A DNA stretch of 64,000 nt from an uncultured OCS116 cluster bacterium (GCA_902613795.1 CACMIP010000002.1:145466-209465), one strand, 5' to 3'. Positions 1 through 9,589 are shown, counted from the first letter of the stretch. The notes: generated by a model from the sequence alone, not told the origin. Numbers and translations are program-made.

Positions 1-577
1 GTGTGGCATCTTGCGTATGAGTTCTACCAATTTTTATAACCCTTGCCCACTCATCAGATTTTTTCTGAAACTTTTTTGCAAGGGATGTCAGTGCGGGTAG
101 CAATGCATCCAATATCTCTGATGCACAAGCAATATGCATAGCTGTTGGATAAGTATCATTTGATGATTGAGACATATTACAATGGTCATTTGGATGAACT
201 GGTGATTTCGAGCCCATTTCACCGCCCATCATTTCTATTGCTCTGTTTGATATGACTTCATTAGCGTTCATATTTGATTGAGTACCGGAACCAGTTTGCC
301 ATACTGAAAGTGGAAAATGATCATCGAGTTTACCGTCAATTACTTCATTCGCAGCTTTGACAATATTTTTTCCAATATCTTTATCAAGAATACCGTAACC
401 CATATTTACCTCAGCCGCAGCAGCCTTGACAACACCCAAGGCTTTTATAATAGATTTTGGCTGTATTTCCCATCCAATATCAAAATTCTTGAGCGACCTT
501 TGTGACTGTGCACCCCAATATTTCCTGCTATCTACTTCGATTTTGCCAAAAGTATCTGTTTCAGTTCTTTTACTCAT
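1..577 (-). CDS. fumC: Class II fumarate hydratase, N-terminal part (gene continues past the left edge)
   Basis: Absent from the ORF track because there is no stop in the window. My minus-strand translation from the ATG (complement of 575-577) reads [32 protein letters not shown]...[25 protein letters not shown]...[21 protein letters not shown]...[10 protein letters not shown]. It carries the GSGTQSNMN and SSND blocks of the fumarase/aspartase family and is collinear with the E. coli FumC N-terminus. Confidence 0.9.
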   Translation of the reverse strand, partial: MSKRTETDTFGKIEVDSRKYWGAQSQRSLKNFDIGWEIQPKSIIKALGVVKAAAAEVNMGYGILDKDIGKNIVKAANEVIDGKLDDHFPLSVWQTGSGTQSNMNANEVISNRAIEMMGGEMGSKSPVHPNDHCNMSQSSNDTYPTAMHIACASEILDALLPALTSLAKKFQKKSDEWARVIKIGRTHTQDAT

Positions 578-584
578 GATGACC

Positions 585-1088
585 TCATTTATTTGTCTCT
601 TTCATAAATTCTTTCAGTGATACAATCTCAGCCGTCTTTTCGTATCCTCCTTTTTTTTCTTCGTTTACAAGCGTGAGATTTTCATTTGCCAGTTGTTGTT
701 TCGACTTAACCTTGTGACTGTCTTGCTGCGATTTCAACATAAAATCAATACCAAAATTTACCGCAGGGTCAAAAAATCTAGTCATTGCATTGTAGGGTAT
801 AACAATTTTCTCTGGTTTATTATCAAAATGTAAAATTACTGAGAAATGATTAGATTTAATCTCGAGCTCACTAAATTGATGCTGCAGTACTATCGTCATT
901 TCTTCTTTAAATTTACTCTTTAGACTTTTCGATATAACAACCCCATTCTCATTTGTTAGAAAGGTCAAATAAATATGATGATCACCTGGTAATCCATTAT
1001 TTTTCTTTATTTTTTTGAGTACATCAACAACTAAGTTAATCATGGATTTATTAATTATGTCATTATAACCAATAAGATCTTCTGTCAT
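585..1088 (-). CDS. sspB: SspB-like ClpXP adaptor (stringent starvation protein B family, alphaproteobacterial type)
   Basis: 167-aa ORF. The blocks [12 protein letters not shown] and [11 protein letters not shown]...FSVILHF...[12 protein letters not shown] match the conserved core of alpha-type SspB as I recall it from Caulobacter. It ends 7 nt upstream of the fumC start on the same strand. Confidence 0.72.
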   Translation of the reverse strand: MTEDLIGYNDIINKSMINLVVDVLKKIKKNNGLPGDHHIYLTFLTNENGVVISKSLKSKFKEEMTIVLQHQFSELEIKSNHFSVILHFDNKPEKIVIPYNAMTRFFDPAVNFGIDFMLKSQQDSHKVKSKQQLANENLTLVNEEKKGGYEKTAEIVSLKEFMKETNK

Positions 1089-1121
1089 TTACGGACTCTC
1101 ACCAATATGTAATTACAAATT

Positions 1122-1475
1122 CTAATTTTCACCAAACCATTCCCAAATAACATTTGCCATTATGTCACAATCTGTTTCTCCAGCTTCAATAACAGCTGCC
1201 GCACCGATTGCACCTCTGTCCCAAGCCAATTCCTGCCTTTCACTAAGGTGATCTAACTCACTTGAGTAGCGTTCAAATCTTGGGCTAATCATTAATCTAT
1301 TTATAACCGTGTCATAATATTGGTTGTCAAAACAATATTCTTCATACGCAAAAATCTGTGTCCATACTCCGCCCAAAACTGCAATTTCTTCATTTGCAAC
1401 TTCTACATCATGAAATGCGAAGCTAGGATTTACGATAAAGAGTGATGCAATTATACTTTTTACAATCGTTTTCAT
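1122..1475 (-). CDS. Hypothetical secreted protein (signal peptide, no recognisable domain)
   Basis: 117-aa ORF with an N-terminal signal-like segment MKTIVKSIIASLFIVNPSFA followed by an acidic mature part. I recognise no family. Confidence 0.5.
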   Translation of the reverse strand: MKTIVKSIIASLFIVNPSFAFHDVEVANEEIAVLGGVWTQIFAYEEYCFDNQYYDTVINRLMISPRFERYSSELDHLSERQELAWDRGAIGAAAVIEAGETDCDIMANVIWEWFGEN

Positions 1476-1608
1476 AATCCGTTCTCTGCATGGTATATAG
1501 TGATATTAGTACAATAACACTAAACAAGCATATAAAAATTAAAATAATGTACTTATATTCAAGTAAAACTATGGCTGTTTATCCTATATCTAGTGTGCAG
1601 GATCGTTG

Positions 1609-2085
1609 CTAATTTAGTCCTTGCAATAATGCCTCAAGATCTAAATATTCCACGTATCCCTCAGCAGCTATTAAAACATTTGGATCTGCCATAAAATCAT
1701 ACATTGCTGCCTCACCAAGCCTTTGAAATAATTCAAAGAAAGCATCCATTCCCTCAAATTTAACCGCTTCCTTAAATTCACTACCGCATCTTGTTAGGAG
1801 AATATTATTAACAAAGCTTCCCATATTTCGATTTGCGCGTATTTGTTGGCTTTCTGAAAATATTTGACCGTGTTCTTTTGTGATATCACTGTGTTGAGAA
1901 ATAACCATAAATAACCACGTTACTAACTTTTCACTTTCAGAGTCAGAGAGACTTCGTATGGCACATGTCGAGAGGTTATCTGTAAAAGGGCCTGCTTTTG
2001 ATGCCTCAATGTCAAAATTTATGATAATTAAACATAATGATAATATTTTTATGCTTGTAAAAAGTGATTTCATTTTTGTATCCAT
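1609..2085 (-). CDS. Hypothetical secreted protein
   Basis: 158-aa ORF with a hydrophobic N-terminus (KSLFTSIKILSLCLIIINF). I recognise no family. Confidence 0.5.
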   Translation of the reverse strand: MDTKMKSLFTSIKILSLCLIIINFDIEASKAGPFTDNLSTCAIRSLSDSESEKLVTWLFMVISQHSDITKEHGQIFSESQQIRANRNMGSFVNNILLTRCGSEFKEAVKFEGMDAFFELFQRLGEAAMYDFMADPNVLIAAEGYVEYLDLEALLQGLN

Positions 2086-2149
2086 TCGAGTTAAGTTTAA
2101 TTTTGTGATCGATAAATTAATAATAATATTGAGTAATGAAAGATCACAT

Positions 2150-2425
2150 TAAGGGGCGTTCTGTTGCCAGGTGCCCCGAGCCCCGCCTTACCTTGCTAGA
2201 GGTAAGGGCTTAAGTTTCGGTGCTCAAGCTGACTATGCAGCTACTGCGACCGGAGCATAGTTGTCATTTGCAACTATAAAAATAGCCCGATAACGGTGGT
2301 ACAATACCGAGTAAAAGGTAGCCTTTTACGCTCTCGTCGATCCTGTTTCGCCCCCATAATTTTTATTGGTGGAGGCGCCGGGTACCGCCCCCGGGTCCGA
2401 TAAGTTTATTTTGACGCCAATTTAT
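2150..2425 (-). ncRNA. ssrA: tmRNA, circularly permuted two-piece type (acceptor piece, then a short spacer, then the coding piece); boundaries approximate
   Basis: GC-rich ORF-free patch. On the minus strand there is a T-arm CCGGG-GGCGGTA-CCCGG, then the acceptor 3' strand CGCCTCC plus ACCA (3' end at 2367). An 11-nt spacer follows, then GGGGGCGAAACAGGATCGACG (5' end at 2355). GGGGGCG pairs with CGCCUCC and gives the G3-U70 alanine identity pair. The tag frame GCA AAT GAC AAC TAT GCT CCG GTC GCA GTA GCT GCA TAG (complement of 2233-2271) encodes ANDNYAPVAVAA. Confidence 0.87.
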
Positions 2426-2537
2426 TACTATAGCTCAAAGAGCAGAACTATCATAATCCCAAATACGTATCAAATAAAGTTTATTATAAATTTATTTCTT
2501 ACTTCGCAAGCATTAGTGAATCAGTCATAGTTGAAAT

Positions 2538-3332
2538 ATGAAACAGTATCTAGACTTATTAAACCACATTATTAAAAACGGTGAAGAAAAAGATGATCGC
2601 ACAGGTACGGGAACAATATCGGTGTTTGGTCACCAAATGAGATTTAATCTTCAGGATGGCTTTCCTCTAGTTACTACAAAAAAGCTTCACCTAAAATCAA
2701 TAATTTATGAGCTAATTTGGTTTCTATCAGGAGACACGAATATTAGCTTCTTGCAGGATAATGGGGTTTCAATCTGGAACGAATGGGCAGGCCCTGATGG
2801 TGACTTAGGGCCAGTTTACGGGAAGCAATGGCGCTCATGGGAGTCAAGGGATGGTAGATCCATTGATCAAATATCTAACTTAATTTCTAATTTAAAAAAA
2901 TCACCACACTCCAGAAGACACATTATCTCAGCTTGGAATGTTAGTGATATTGAAAATATGGCACTGCCACCTTGTCATTGCCTATTTCAATTTTATGTTT
3001 CAAACAATAAATTAAGTTGTCATTTATACCAAAGATCAGCTGATGTTTTTTTGGGTGTGCCTTTCAATATTGCCTCTTATGCACTTCTCACACACATGAT
3101 TGCACATGTATGTAAATTCGACGTTGGAGATTTTGTTCATACTTTGGGTGATGCGCATATATATTCCAACCACCTTGAGCAGGTCAGAGTCCAGCTTGAA
3201 AGATCTCCATTAAGATTACCTACACTGGCATTGAATGAAACTGTTACAGATATATTCAACTTCAAATATGAAGACATTATAATCTCTGATTATGAAGCAC
3301 ATCCACACATAAAAGCTAAAGTTGCTGTATGA
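2538..3332 (+). CDS. thyA: Thymidylate synthase
   Basis: 264 aa. It begins MKQYLDLL...DRTGTGT and has the catalytic-Cys block [12 protein letters not shown] and [21 protein letters not shown]. It overlaps folA by 4 nt. Confidence 0.97.
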   Translation: MKQYLDLLNHIIKNGEEKDDRTGTGTISVFGHQMRFNLQDGFPLVTTKKLHLKSIIYELIWFLSGDTNISFLQDNGVSIWNEWAGPDGDLGPVYGKQWRSWESRDGRSIDQISNLISNLKKSPHSRRHIISAWNVSDIENMALPPCHCLFQFYVSNNKLSCHLYQRSADVFLGVPFNIASYALLTHMIAHVCKFDVGDFVHTLGDAHIYSNHLEQVRVQLERSPLRLPTLALNETVTDIFNFKYEDIIISDYEAHPHIKAKVAV

Positions 3333-3838
3333 CCTCAATATCAATCATAGTTGCGTATGCATCAAATCATGTGATTGGTAAAGAAGGCAAACTGCCATGG
3401 CACATACCTGCTGACCTTAAGTACTTTAAAGAACTTACCTATGGGAGTCCTATAATTATGGGACGAAAAACTTTTGAGTCGATAGGCAGACCGCTGCCAG
3501 GTCGGCACAATATAATAATAACAAGAAATAGTGAATATCACATAGATGATTGCGCAGTGGTATTTGATTTTCAAGCGGCTCTGAAAGAAGCAAGTGATTT
3601 TGCAGAACAAAATGGAAAAAGTGATATTTTTATAATTGGTGGGGCTGAAGTTTACAGACAGGCGATAGATTTTGCCGACAAGGCCTATATTACTGAAGTC
3701 CACGCTGATTTCGATGGCGATGCGGTTTTTGATATGTTGGATCTATCAAATTGGAAAGAAATTTCGCGTGATTATCATTCGAATGAAACTTCAGATCTGC
3801 CATATTCTTTTGTCGTTTTGACCAGAATTGGCCAGTAA
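3329..3838 (+). CDS. folA: Dihydrofolate reductase
   Basis: 169 aa. Contains [22 protein letters not shown] and [17 protein letters not shown]. It is translationally coupled to thyA through an ATGA overlap. Confidence 0.95.
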   Translation: MTSISIIVAYASNHVIGKEGKLPWHIPADLKYFKELTYGSPIIMGRKTFESIGRPLPGRHNIIITRNSEYHIDDCAVVFDFQAALKEASDFAEQNGKSDIFIIGGAEVYRQAIDFADKAYITEVHADFDGDAVFDMLDLSNWKEISRDYHSNETSDLPYSFVVLTRIGQ

Positions 3839-3938
3839 ATATTAATTCTATTCAATTTGTATAAAAACCTTTAAAACAATTTACACAATAACTATGTTAT
3901 AATAGTGTGTTTTAAAAATCTCAAGAAGGTAGTAAACA

Positions 3939-5042
3939 ATGTCATGGGACAATAATAACGATAATGGTCCTTGGGGACGTGGCCCAAGTGGTGGCGGCAA
4001 TTTCGATAATAATGATCTAGATAAGCTGCTAAAGAATTTAAAATCTCGGTTTGGTAGTTTTTCACCAAAGTCACCGGATGGTAAAGTGAGCAAAAAAAAT
4101 TGGCTTTTGATCGCACTAATAGGCCTAGCAATATGGGGGGCAACAGGAATATACAGAGTTCAACCAGATGAGCAAGGTATTGTATTACGCTTTGGTGAGT
4201 ATATTCGCTCAACTCCAGATGGGCTGCATTATCATTTACCTTTCCCAATTGAGACAGTCCTAAAGCCTAAAGTAACACGTGAAAACCAAGTAGAAGTCGG
4301 TATTAGAACCTCAAATCAAGCTTCTATTGGCAGGGGTACTGTCGGCCGTGATGTGCCTGAAGAAAGTTTGATGCTCACCGGCGATGAGAACATTGTTGAT
4401 GTTGATTTTTCAGTTCAGTGGGTAATAAGTGATGCGGCTGACTATTTATTCAACATTGAAAATCAAGAGTCCACTGTAAAAGCTGTCGCAGAAAGCGCAA
4501 TGAGAGAAGTTATTGGAAACTCAAATCTTGAACAAATACTAACACAAGGTAGAGAGAGCAATGAACAGGCTGTAAGAGATCTGATGCAGAGCACTCTTGA
4601 TGAATATGGAGCGGGCATACTTATCAGACGTGTACAATTACAAAAAGTTGATCCGCCAGCTGCCGTTATTGATGCTTTCAGAGATGTTCAGGCTGCAAGA
4701 GCAGACCAAGAAAGGCTAAGAAACGAGGCTGAAGCTTATTCAAACAGGATAATCCCGGCAGCACGCGGTGAAGCCGCACAATTAATGGAAGCAGCCGAAG
4801 CATATAAAAACTCTGTTATAGCTGATGCCGAAGGTCAAGCATCAAGATTTAACTCAATTTATGAAGAATATAGAAAAGCACCAGAAGTTACTCGAGGGAG
4901 AATGTATCTCGAAACAATTGAACGTGTGTATGGCGGAATGGATAAGATCATAATAGATCAGAGTGGTGATAGCTCAAGTGTTGTTCCATATTTACCACTA
5001 GATCAATTACAAAAACGGCAAGATGATGGAGAAGCGCAATGA
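3939..5042 (+). CDS. hflK: FtsH protease modulator HflK (SPFH/band-7)
   Basis: 367 aa. Gly/Asn-rich N-terminus, a single TM segment, then an SPFH domain (YRVQPDEQGIVLRFGEY...). It overlaps hflC by 4 nt. Confidence 0.92.
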   Translation: MSWDNNNDNGPWGRGPSGGGNFDNNDLDKLLKNLKSRFGSFSPKSPDGKVSKKNWLLIALIGLAIWGATGIYRVQPDEQGIVLRFGEYIRSTPDGLHYHLPFPIETVLKPKVTRENQVEVGIRTSNQASIGRGTVGRDVPEESLMLTGDENIVDVDFSVQWVISDAADYLFNIENQESTVKAVAESAMREVIGNSNLEQILTQGRESNEQAVRDLMQSTLDEYGAGILIRRVQLQKVDPPAAVIDAFRDVQAARADQERLRNEAEAYSNRIIPAARGEAAQLMEAAEAYKNSVIADAEGQASRFNSIYEEYRKAPEVTRGRMYLETIERVYGGMDKIIIDQSGDSSSVVPYLPLDQLQKRQDDGEAQ

Positions 5043-5914
5043 TTAAAAAACTTGGAATAACAGGCTTGATTGTATTACTATTTGCTTCTGCTGTGATCCT
5101 TTTTAGTGCAGCGTTTACCGTTCATCAAACACAGCAAGCATTAATTTTACGTTTTGGTGAAGCAATAAGAATTGTTACAAATCCTGGTTTACATTTTAAA
5201 ATGCCAATTGCTGATGACGCGGTATATATTGATAAAAGAATTTTGGACTTAGATTCAGAATCACAGGAAGTTATTGCTTCTGACCAAAAGAGACTTGTTG
5301 TCGATGCATATTCAAGATACCGAATAACTGACGCGTTAAAGTACTACCAATCAGTTCAAACATCAGCTAGAGCAAATGCTCGTCTTTCTCAAATTCTCAA
5401 CTCTGCCGTAAGAAGGGTACTGGGCGCGGCAACGTTTGAGGAAATTGTAAGAGATAAGCGACCAGAATTGATGAAAAAGATTACGGAGCAGGTGAACAAT
5501 GAGGCGGCGGCTCTTGGAATGTCAATTGTAGATGTAAAAATCAGAAGAGCCGATCTACCTGAGGCTAACAGCCAAGCTGTGTACATGAGAATGCAAACAG
5601 CTAGGACCAAGGAAGCAAATGACATCAGGGCAAGGGGTCAAGAGCAAGCTAAAATCATAACATCAGTGGCAGACAGGGAAGCAAAGATCATCATAGCTGA
5701 AGCAAATAAGATCTCAGAAATAACAAGGGGTGAAGGTGACGCCGAGCGAAACAGCATTTATGCAGAATCATACGGCAAAGACCCAGAGTTTTTCAAGTTT
5801 TATCGCTCAATGGTAGCATATGAAGAAAGCTTAAAGTCTGGTGATACACGCTTGGTTATTTCACCTGATACTGATTTCTTCAATTATTTCAAAGACCCTC
5901 TTGGCTCTGACTAA
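5039..5914 (+). CDS. hflC: FtsH protease modulator HflC (SPFH/band-7)
   Basis: 291 aa. N-terminal TM segment followed by an SPFH domain (VHQTQQALILRFGE...). It sits in the canonical hflK-hflC pair. Confidence 0.92.
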   Translation: MIKKLGITGLIVLLFASAVILFSAAFTVHQTQQALILRFGEAIRIVTNPGLHFKMPIADDAVYIDKRILDLDSESQEVIASDQKRLVVDAYSRYRITDALKYYQSVQTSARANARLSQILNSAVRRVLGAATFEEIVRDKRPELMKKITEQVNNEAAALGMSIVDVKIRRADLPEANSQAVYMRMQTARTKEANDIRARGQEQAKIITSVADREAKIIIAEANKISEITRGEGDAERNSIYAESYGKDPEFFKFYRSMVAYEESLKSGDTRLVISPDTDFFNYFKDPLGSD

Positions 5915-5916
5915 AA

Positions 5917-6096
5917 ATGGATATTTTCATAATGGCGGTCGCAGTATTCTTATTGTTTGAGGGTGCCATATATGCCTTATTTCCTGAGCAAACAAAACGG
6001 ATGCTAACAATAATAATGTCTATAGATACAAATAATCTCCGGATTTTTGGGCTTATCATGGTAACTTCGGGCGCAATAATAATATGGTTGGTTTAA
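5917..6096 (+). CDS. yjeT: Small membrane protein, YjeT-like (DUF2065)
   Basis: 59-aa ORF below the track threshold, read by me: MDIFIMAVAVFLLFEGAIYALFPEQTKRMLTIIMSIDTNNLRIFGLIMVTSGAIIIWLV. It has two hydrophobic helices, is collinear with E. coli YjeT (LEG...YP...LR.FG), and occupies the same position directly after hflC. Confidence 0.65.
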   Translation: MDIFIMAVAVFLLFEGAIYALFPEQTKRMLTIIMSIDTNNLRIFGLIMVTSGAIIIWLV

Positions 6097-6127
6097 AAAA
6101 CATAATTTTGACAAAATCTATATCTAA

Positions 6128-7618
6128 ATGGATCATGTAGAAAAAAAAATTTTGGAAATTAATATGCGAAAATTACATAATATCAAATCAATATTAGGTA
6201 TAATACTCTTCTTTGGAATAGTTGTGTTTGCAAACCCATTAAACGCAAACACTTATCCAGATTTCTCTGAGATTGCGGCAAAATATGCAGACTCAGTTGT
6301 CAATATATCCTCAAAGCAGAGCGTTAAAAGTAGTGATCCATTCGATGGACTAAATCCAGAAGATATACCTGATGTGTTTCGAGATTGGTACGAAAAAAAT
6401 AAAAATTCTCAACGACCTGAGTCAGCAAGCTCACTCGGTTCAGGTTTTGTGATTGATGAGGAGGGCATAATAATAACAAACGCTCATGTGATACTTGATG
6501 CCAATGAAATTGATGTGATATTTTCAAATGGAGTCATTCTACCTGCCGAACTTGTGGGGAAGGATACCAAAACTGACATTGCGGTCTTGCGTGTAGAGCC
6601 AGCTGATGGGCAGGATTTGGTTGCTTTAGAATTTGGTAACTCAGATGAACTGAAAGTAGGGCAATGGGTAATGGCAATCGGTAACCCGTTTGGATTGGGT
6701 GGAACTGTAACTGCTGGCATCGTCTCTGCAAAAAATAGAGATATAAGGTCAGGTCCATATGATAATTTTATACAAACCGATGCTGCAATTAATCGAGGGA
6801 ACAGCGGTGGCCCATTATTTAATACAAACGGAAAGGTTGTCGGAATAAATTCCGCGATCATATCAACAACAGGCGGATCAGTTGGAATTGGATTTGCAAT
6901 ACCCTCAAAAACAGCAACGCCCGTAATAGAGCAGTTGATCGAATATGGTGAAACCAGACGCGGGTGGTTAGGTGTGAGAATTCAGGAAGTATCCGAAGAT
7001 ATTGCATCTAGTCTCGGTATGAATGGTGCAAGTGGCGCACTTGTTGTTAGCGTTGATGATGATGGGCCCGCAGAGCAGGCTGGTATTAAATCTGGGGATA
7101 TCATACTGAAGTTTAATGGTGTTGTAATTGATACAATGAGAGAACTGCCAAGAGTTGTAGCAGAGACAAAGGTTGGTACGAGGGCTGAAGTAGAAATTTG
7201 GCGTAAAAATAAAGTCATAAACAAATCTGTGGTGATTGAAAGATTGAATGAGGGCAGCCTCATCCCTGTAGAGTCACCAGACGGTGAGGATAACACTGAT
7301 TTAGATAATACCCCTATCTTAAACCTTGGTTTCTCGTTAAGCAATGTAAGTAAAGAATTATCGTCCAAATATGATTTCGCCCCAAACCAAAAGGGTCTTG
7401 TTGTAACGCAGATAGACAATCAATCTGATGCATTCAAAAGAGGATTACAGGAGGGCGATGTTATTAACGTGATAAATGAGCAGGATCTCTACAGCGTTAA
7501 TCAATTTATTCGCATCATTGATAAATACAAAAAGGCTGACAAAAAATTACTTCTAATAAAAGTAGTTCGTGGAAAGAATATGATCCGGATATTTCCAATT
7601 GATATTTCTACAGATTAA
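6128..7618 (+). CDS. degP: Periplasmic serine endoprotease, DegP/HtrA (Do) family with two PDZ domains
   Basis: 496 aa. Signal/TM segment, trypsin-fold motifs (TNAHV, DIAVLRV, GNSGGPL), then two PDZ-like regions. An alternative start at ATG 6164 (MRKLHNIKS...) is equally plausible. Confidence 0.92.
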   Translation: MDHVEKKILEINMRKLHNIKSILGIILFFGIVVFANPLNANTYPDFSEIAAKYADSVVNISSKQSVKSSDPFDGLNPEDIPDVFRDWYEKNKNSQRPESASSLGSGFVIDEEGIIITNAHVILDANEIDVIFSNGVILPAELVGKDTKTDIAVLRVEPADGQDLVALEFGNSDELKVGQWVMAIGNPFGLGGTVTAGIVSAKNRDIRSGPYDNFIQTDAAINRGNSGGPLFNTNGKVVGINSAIISTTGGSVGIGFAIPSKTATPVIEQLIEYGETRRGWLGVRIQEVSEDIASSLGMNGASGALVVSVDDDGPAEQAGIKSGDIILKFNGVVIDTMRELPRVVAETKVGTRAEVEIWRKNKVINKSVVIERLNEGSLIPVESPDGEDNTDLDNTPILNLGFSLSNVSKELSSKYDFAPNQKGLVVTQIDNQSDAFKRGLQEGDVINVINEQDLYSVNQFIRIIDKYKKADKKLLLIKVVRGKNMIRIFPIDISTD

Positions 7619-8493
7619 TCAACTATTCTATCTTCTGTTATTCCGATAAAGTATAAAAGACTATCGAGACCAGTGTGCTCTATCTGCCCATTAGCATTTG
7701 CTTTTAATATTGGTTTGCCTCTATAAGATATTCCAAGGCCAGCTTCTTTTATCATTTCCAAGTCGTTCGCTCCATCGCCTATGGCCACCACTTCAGCATT
7801 TGTGAGTTTATGAGATTCAATAGTTTTTTTGAGGATTTTCTTTTTCGATATGGAGTCAATTATTGGCGGAATAACCTTACCAGTAAGAATATTATCAAAC
7901 ACTTCCAGGTTATTGGCATAATTTTCGTGGAAATTAAGTTTTTCTGATATTTTTTTTGTGAAAAAAGTAAATCCCCCTGAAACCAATATTGTTTTTATTT
8001 TTTGCTTATTGAGATTTATTAGCAATTTTTCTGCACCATCATTTAATTCAATCTTGTGGAAAATTTCATTGAGAAGTTCTAATTTCATACCCTTTAGCAA
8101 GCCAACTCTTTTTTCTAAAGCATCAGCAAAGGCTATTTCTCCCTCCATTGCCCTTCTTGTGATATCTTCTACTTCTTCTTTCACATTAACGAGATCTGCA
8201 ATCATATCAATACATTCTTGTTTTATGATTGTTGAGTCCATATCCGAGATGAATATTCTCTTACTATTTTCTTCAGCATTTTGGTAAGCCCAATCATACA
8301 AACAAGCATCAAAATACTCAATTAATTGATCAGCTATTACAGTCTTATCTGAGCTAAAATAAATCTCGCAGGCTCTTTCACTAGCAAGCCATTTACTTTT
8401 TATATCGACTTTTAGAAAATCCTGAATCGCTGTAAAGGTTTCTGTTGTTATGTTGTTATCTTTACTAGATACTATTGTAAGTAATTTTTTCAT
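7615..8493 (-). CDS. serB: Phosphoserine phosphatase (HAD superfamily)
   Basis: 292 aa. Has the HAD motif I FISDMDSTIIKQECID, VSGGF and GDGANDLEMI, plus an N-terminal ACT-like extension typical of SerB. Confidence 0.87.
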   Translation of the reverse strand: MKKLLTIVSSKDNNITTETFTAIQDFLKVDIKSKWLASERACEIYFSSDKTVIADQLIEYFDACLYDWAYQNAEENSKRIFISDMDSTIIKQECIDMIADLVNVKEEVEDITRRAMEGEIAFADALEKRVGLLKGMKLELLNEIFHKIELNDGAEKLLINLNKQKIKTILVSGGFTFFTKKISEKLNFHENYANNLEVFDNILTGKVIPPIIDSISKKKILKKTIESHKLTNAEVVAIGDGANDLEMIKEAGLGISYRGKPILKANANGQIEHTGLDSLLYFIGITEDRIVD

Positions 8494-8516
8494 TCTTTAT
8501 TTGTAGACTAAGGTAG

Positions 8517-9422
8517 ATGTCAAATTATAGCTCAATTCTTATTTCAGGTCCAACAGCTTCTGGGAAGTCTCAGCTAGCAGTTCGGTTGGCAAAAATCTAT
8601 GATGGTGTGGTAATTAACGCTGACGCCATGCAAATATATGACGTACTTTCAATTATAACTGCTCGACCTGACATCAAATCTCAAGACGGCGTTCCACACT
8701 TTTTGTATGGTTATGTTAATCCTCAAATAAGGTACTCAGTCGGTGAGTGGCAAAAAGATATTGCAAGATTACTGGTATTCTTGGAGAAGATAAATATTTT
8801 ACCAATAATTGTCGGTGGGACAGGATTATATTTTTCTGGGTTATTGGGTGAAATAGCTGAAATACCAAATATTTCTCAAGAAATAAGAAGCAAATGGTTG
8901 AAAGTTAAAGATGAATATGACACGCATTATCTTCATGAATACCTAAAAAAAATAGATCCAAAATCATACAAAAAGATCAATCCAAATGATCCATCGAGAA
9001 TTTTACGTGCCATTGAAGTTTATGAGCAGACTGGTGTTTCAATTCAGGATTGGCAGGAAAACCAGGGTGTCCGACTCATAGAAAAGTCAAAGTCAAAATT
9101 TATTTATCTCTGCCCCAATAAGGAAGATCTGCATCTTAATATCGAAAATAGAACAGTCCAAATGTTATCGAGCGAAGAGCTGTGTAGAGAGGTTAGCGAT
9201 CTTCGTAAACTTAATGTCCCATCATCTTATCCATCAATGAAAGCAATTGGCGTAAGAGAAGTCATCGAGTTAATTGATGGTAAAACTAATAAAGATCAAG
9301 TAAAAATTAGCATAAATAATCAAACAAAAAGATATGTAAAAAGACAAATAACATGGGCACGAAAAAAAATGGTTGATTGGGACTGGATTGATGACGAAAA
9401 ACAAATTTCCGAACTTTCATAA
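8517..9422 (+). CDS. miaA: tRNA dimethylallyltransferase
   Basis: 301 aa. P-loop ISGPTASGKS, IVGGTGLY, and the RQITWAR block near the C-terminus. Confidence 0.92.
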   Translation: MSNYSSILISGPTASGKSQLAVRLAKIYDGVVINADAMQIYDVLSIITARPDIKSQDGVPHFLYGYVNPQIRYSVGEWQKDIARLLVFLEKINILPIIVGGTGLYFSGLLGEIAEIPNISQEIRSKWLKVKDEYDTHYLHEYLKKIDPKSYKKINPNDPSRILRAIEVYEQTGVSIQDWQENQGVRLIEKSKSKFIYLCPNKEDLHLNIENRTVQMLSSEELCREVSDLRKLNVPSSYPSMKAIGVREVIELIDGKTNKDQVKISINNQTKRYVKRQITWARKKMVDWDWIDDEKQISELS

Positions 9423-9428
9423 AAAAAA

Positions 9429-9457
9429 TTGATTAATTTTTCTTTATGAAATATATT
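9429..9457 (+). promoter_or_regulatory. Sigma70-like promoter candidate for the ilv leader
   Basis: TTGATT (9429-9434), a 17-bp spacer, then TATATT (9452-9457), read directly. AT-rich DNA produces such matches easily. Confidence 0.35.
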
Positions 9458-9486
9458 GAGGTATAAGTTTAATATAAATGGTATAA

Positions 9487-9567
9487 ATGATTTACTTAAA
9501 TAGAAATCTGCTGGTCGTCTTCTGTATCACCTGAGTCCTCGAGGGTTCTTGATGGTGATACTTTGAT
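9487..9567 (+). promoter_or_regulatory. Candidate ilv leader with two mini-ORFs rich in branched-chain codons
   Basis: Mini-ORF 1 at 9487-9534 encodes MIYLNRNLLVVFCIT. Mini-ORF 2 at 9552-9566 is ATG GTG ATA CTT TGA (M-V-I-L-stop), preceded by GAGGG (9541-9545) at 6-nt spacing. Its stop lies 1 nt before the terminator stem. Confidence 0.45.
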
Positions 9568-9589
9568 AGGGGCAAACGCCCCTTTTTTT
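9568..9589 (+). terminator. Rho-independent terminator or attenuator hairpin upstream of ilvB
   Basis: AGGGGC-AAAC-GCCCCT forms a 6-bp GC-rich stem with a 4-nt loop, running into a run of seven T (9583-9589). It lies 50 nt upstream of the ilvB ATG. Confidence 0.65.

Noticed and set aside
317-620. Plus-strand ORFs 317-505 and 426-620
   Set aside because: They lie antisense to, or overlap, the clearly homologous fumC N-terminus and the fumC/sspB junction. Their composition is low-complexity and there is no SD. They are shadow ORFs.
3362-4248. Minus-strand ORFs 3362-3703, 3881-4093 and 3892-4248
   Set aside because: They are antisense to folA and the hflK 5' region, both of which have unambiguous homology. 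Their sequences are biased and there are no start signals.
9487-9499. The 13-nt string ATGATTTACTTAA recurs at 53004-53016 upstream of tuf, where it gives a second MIYL... mini-ORF
   Set aside because: A single 13-mer repeat is expected by chance many times in a 64-kb AT-rich window. The downstream sequences diverge immediately, and nothing links tuf to BCAA control.
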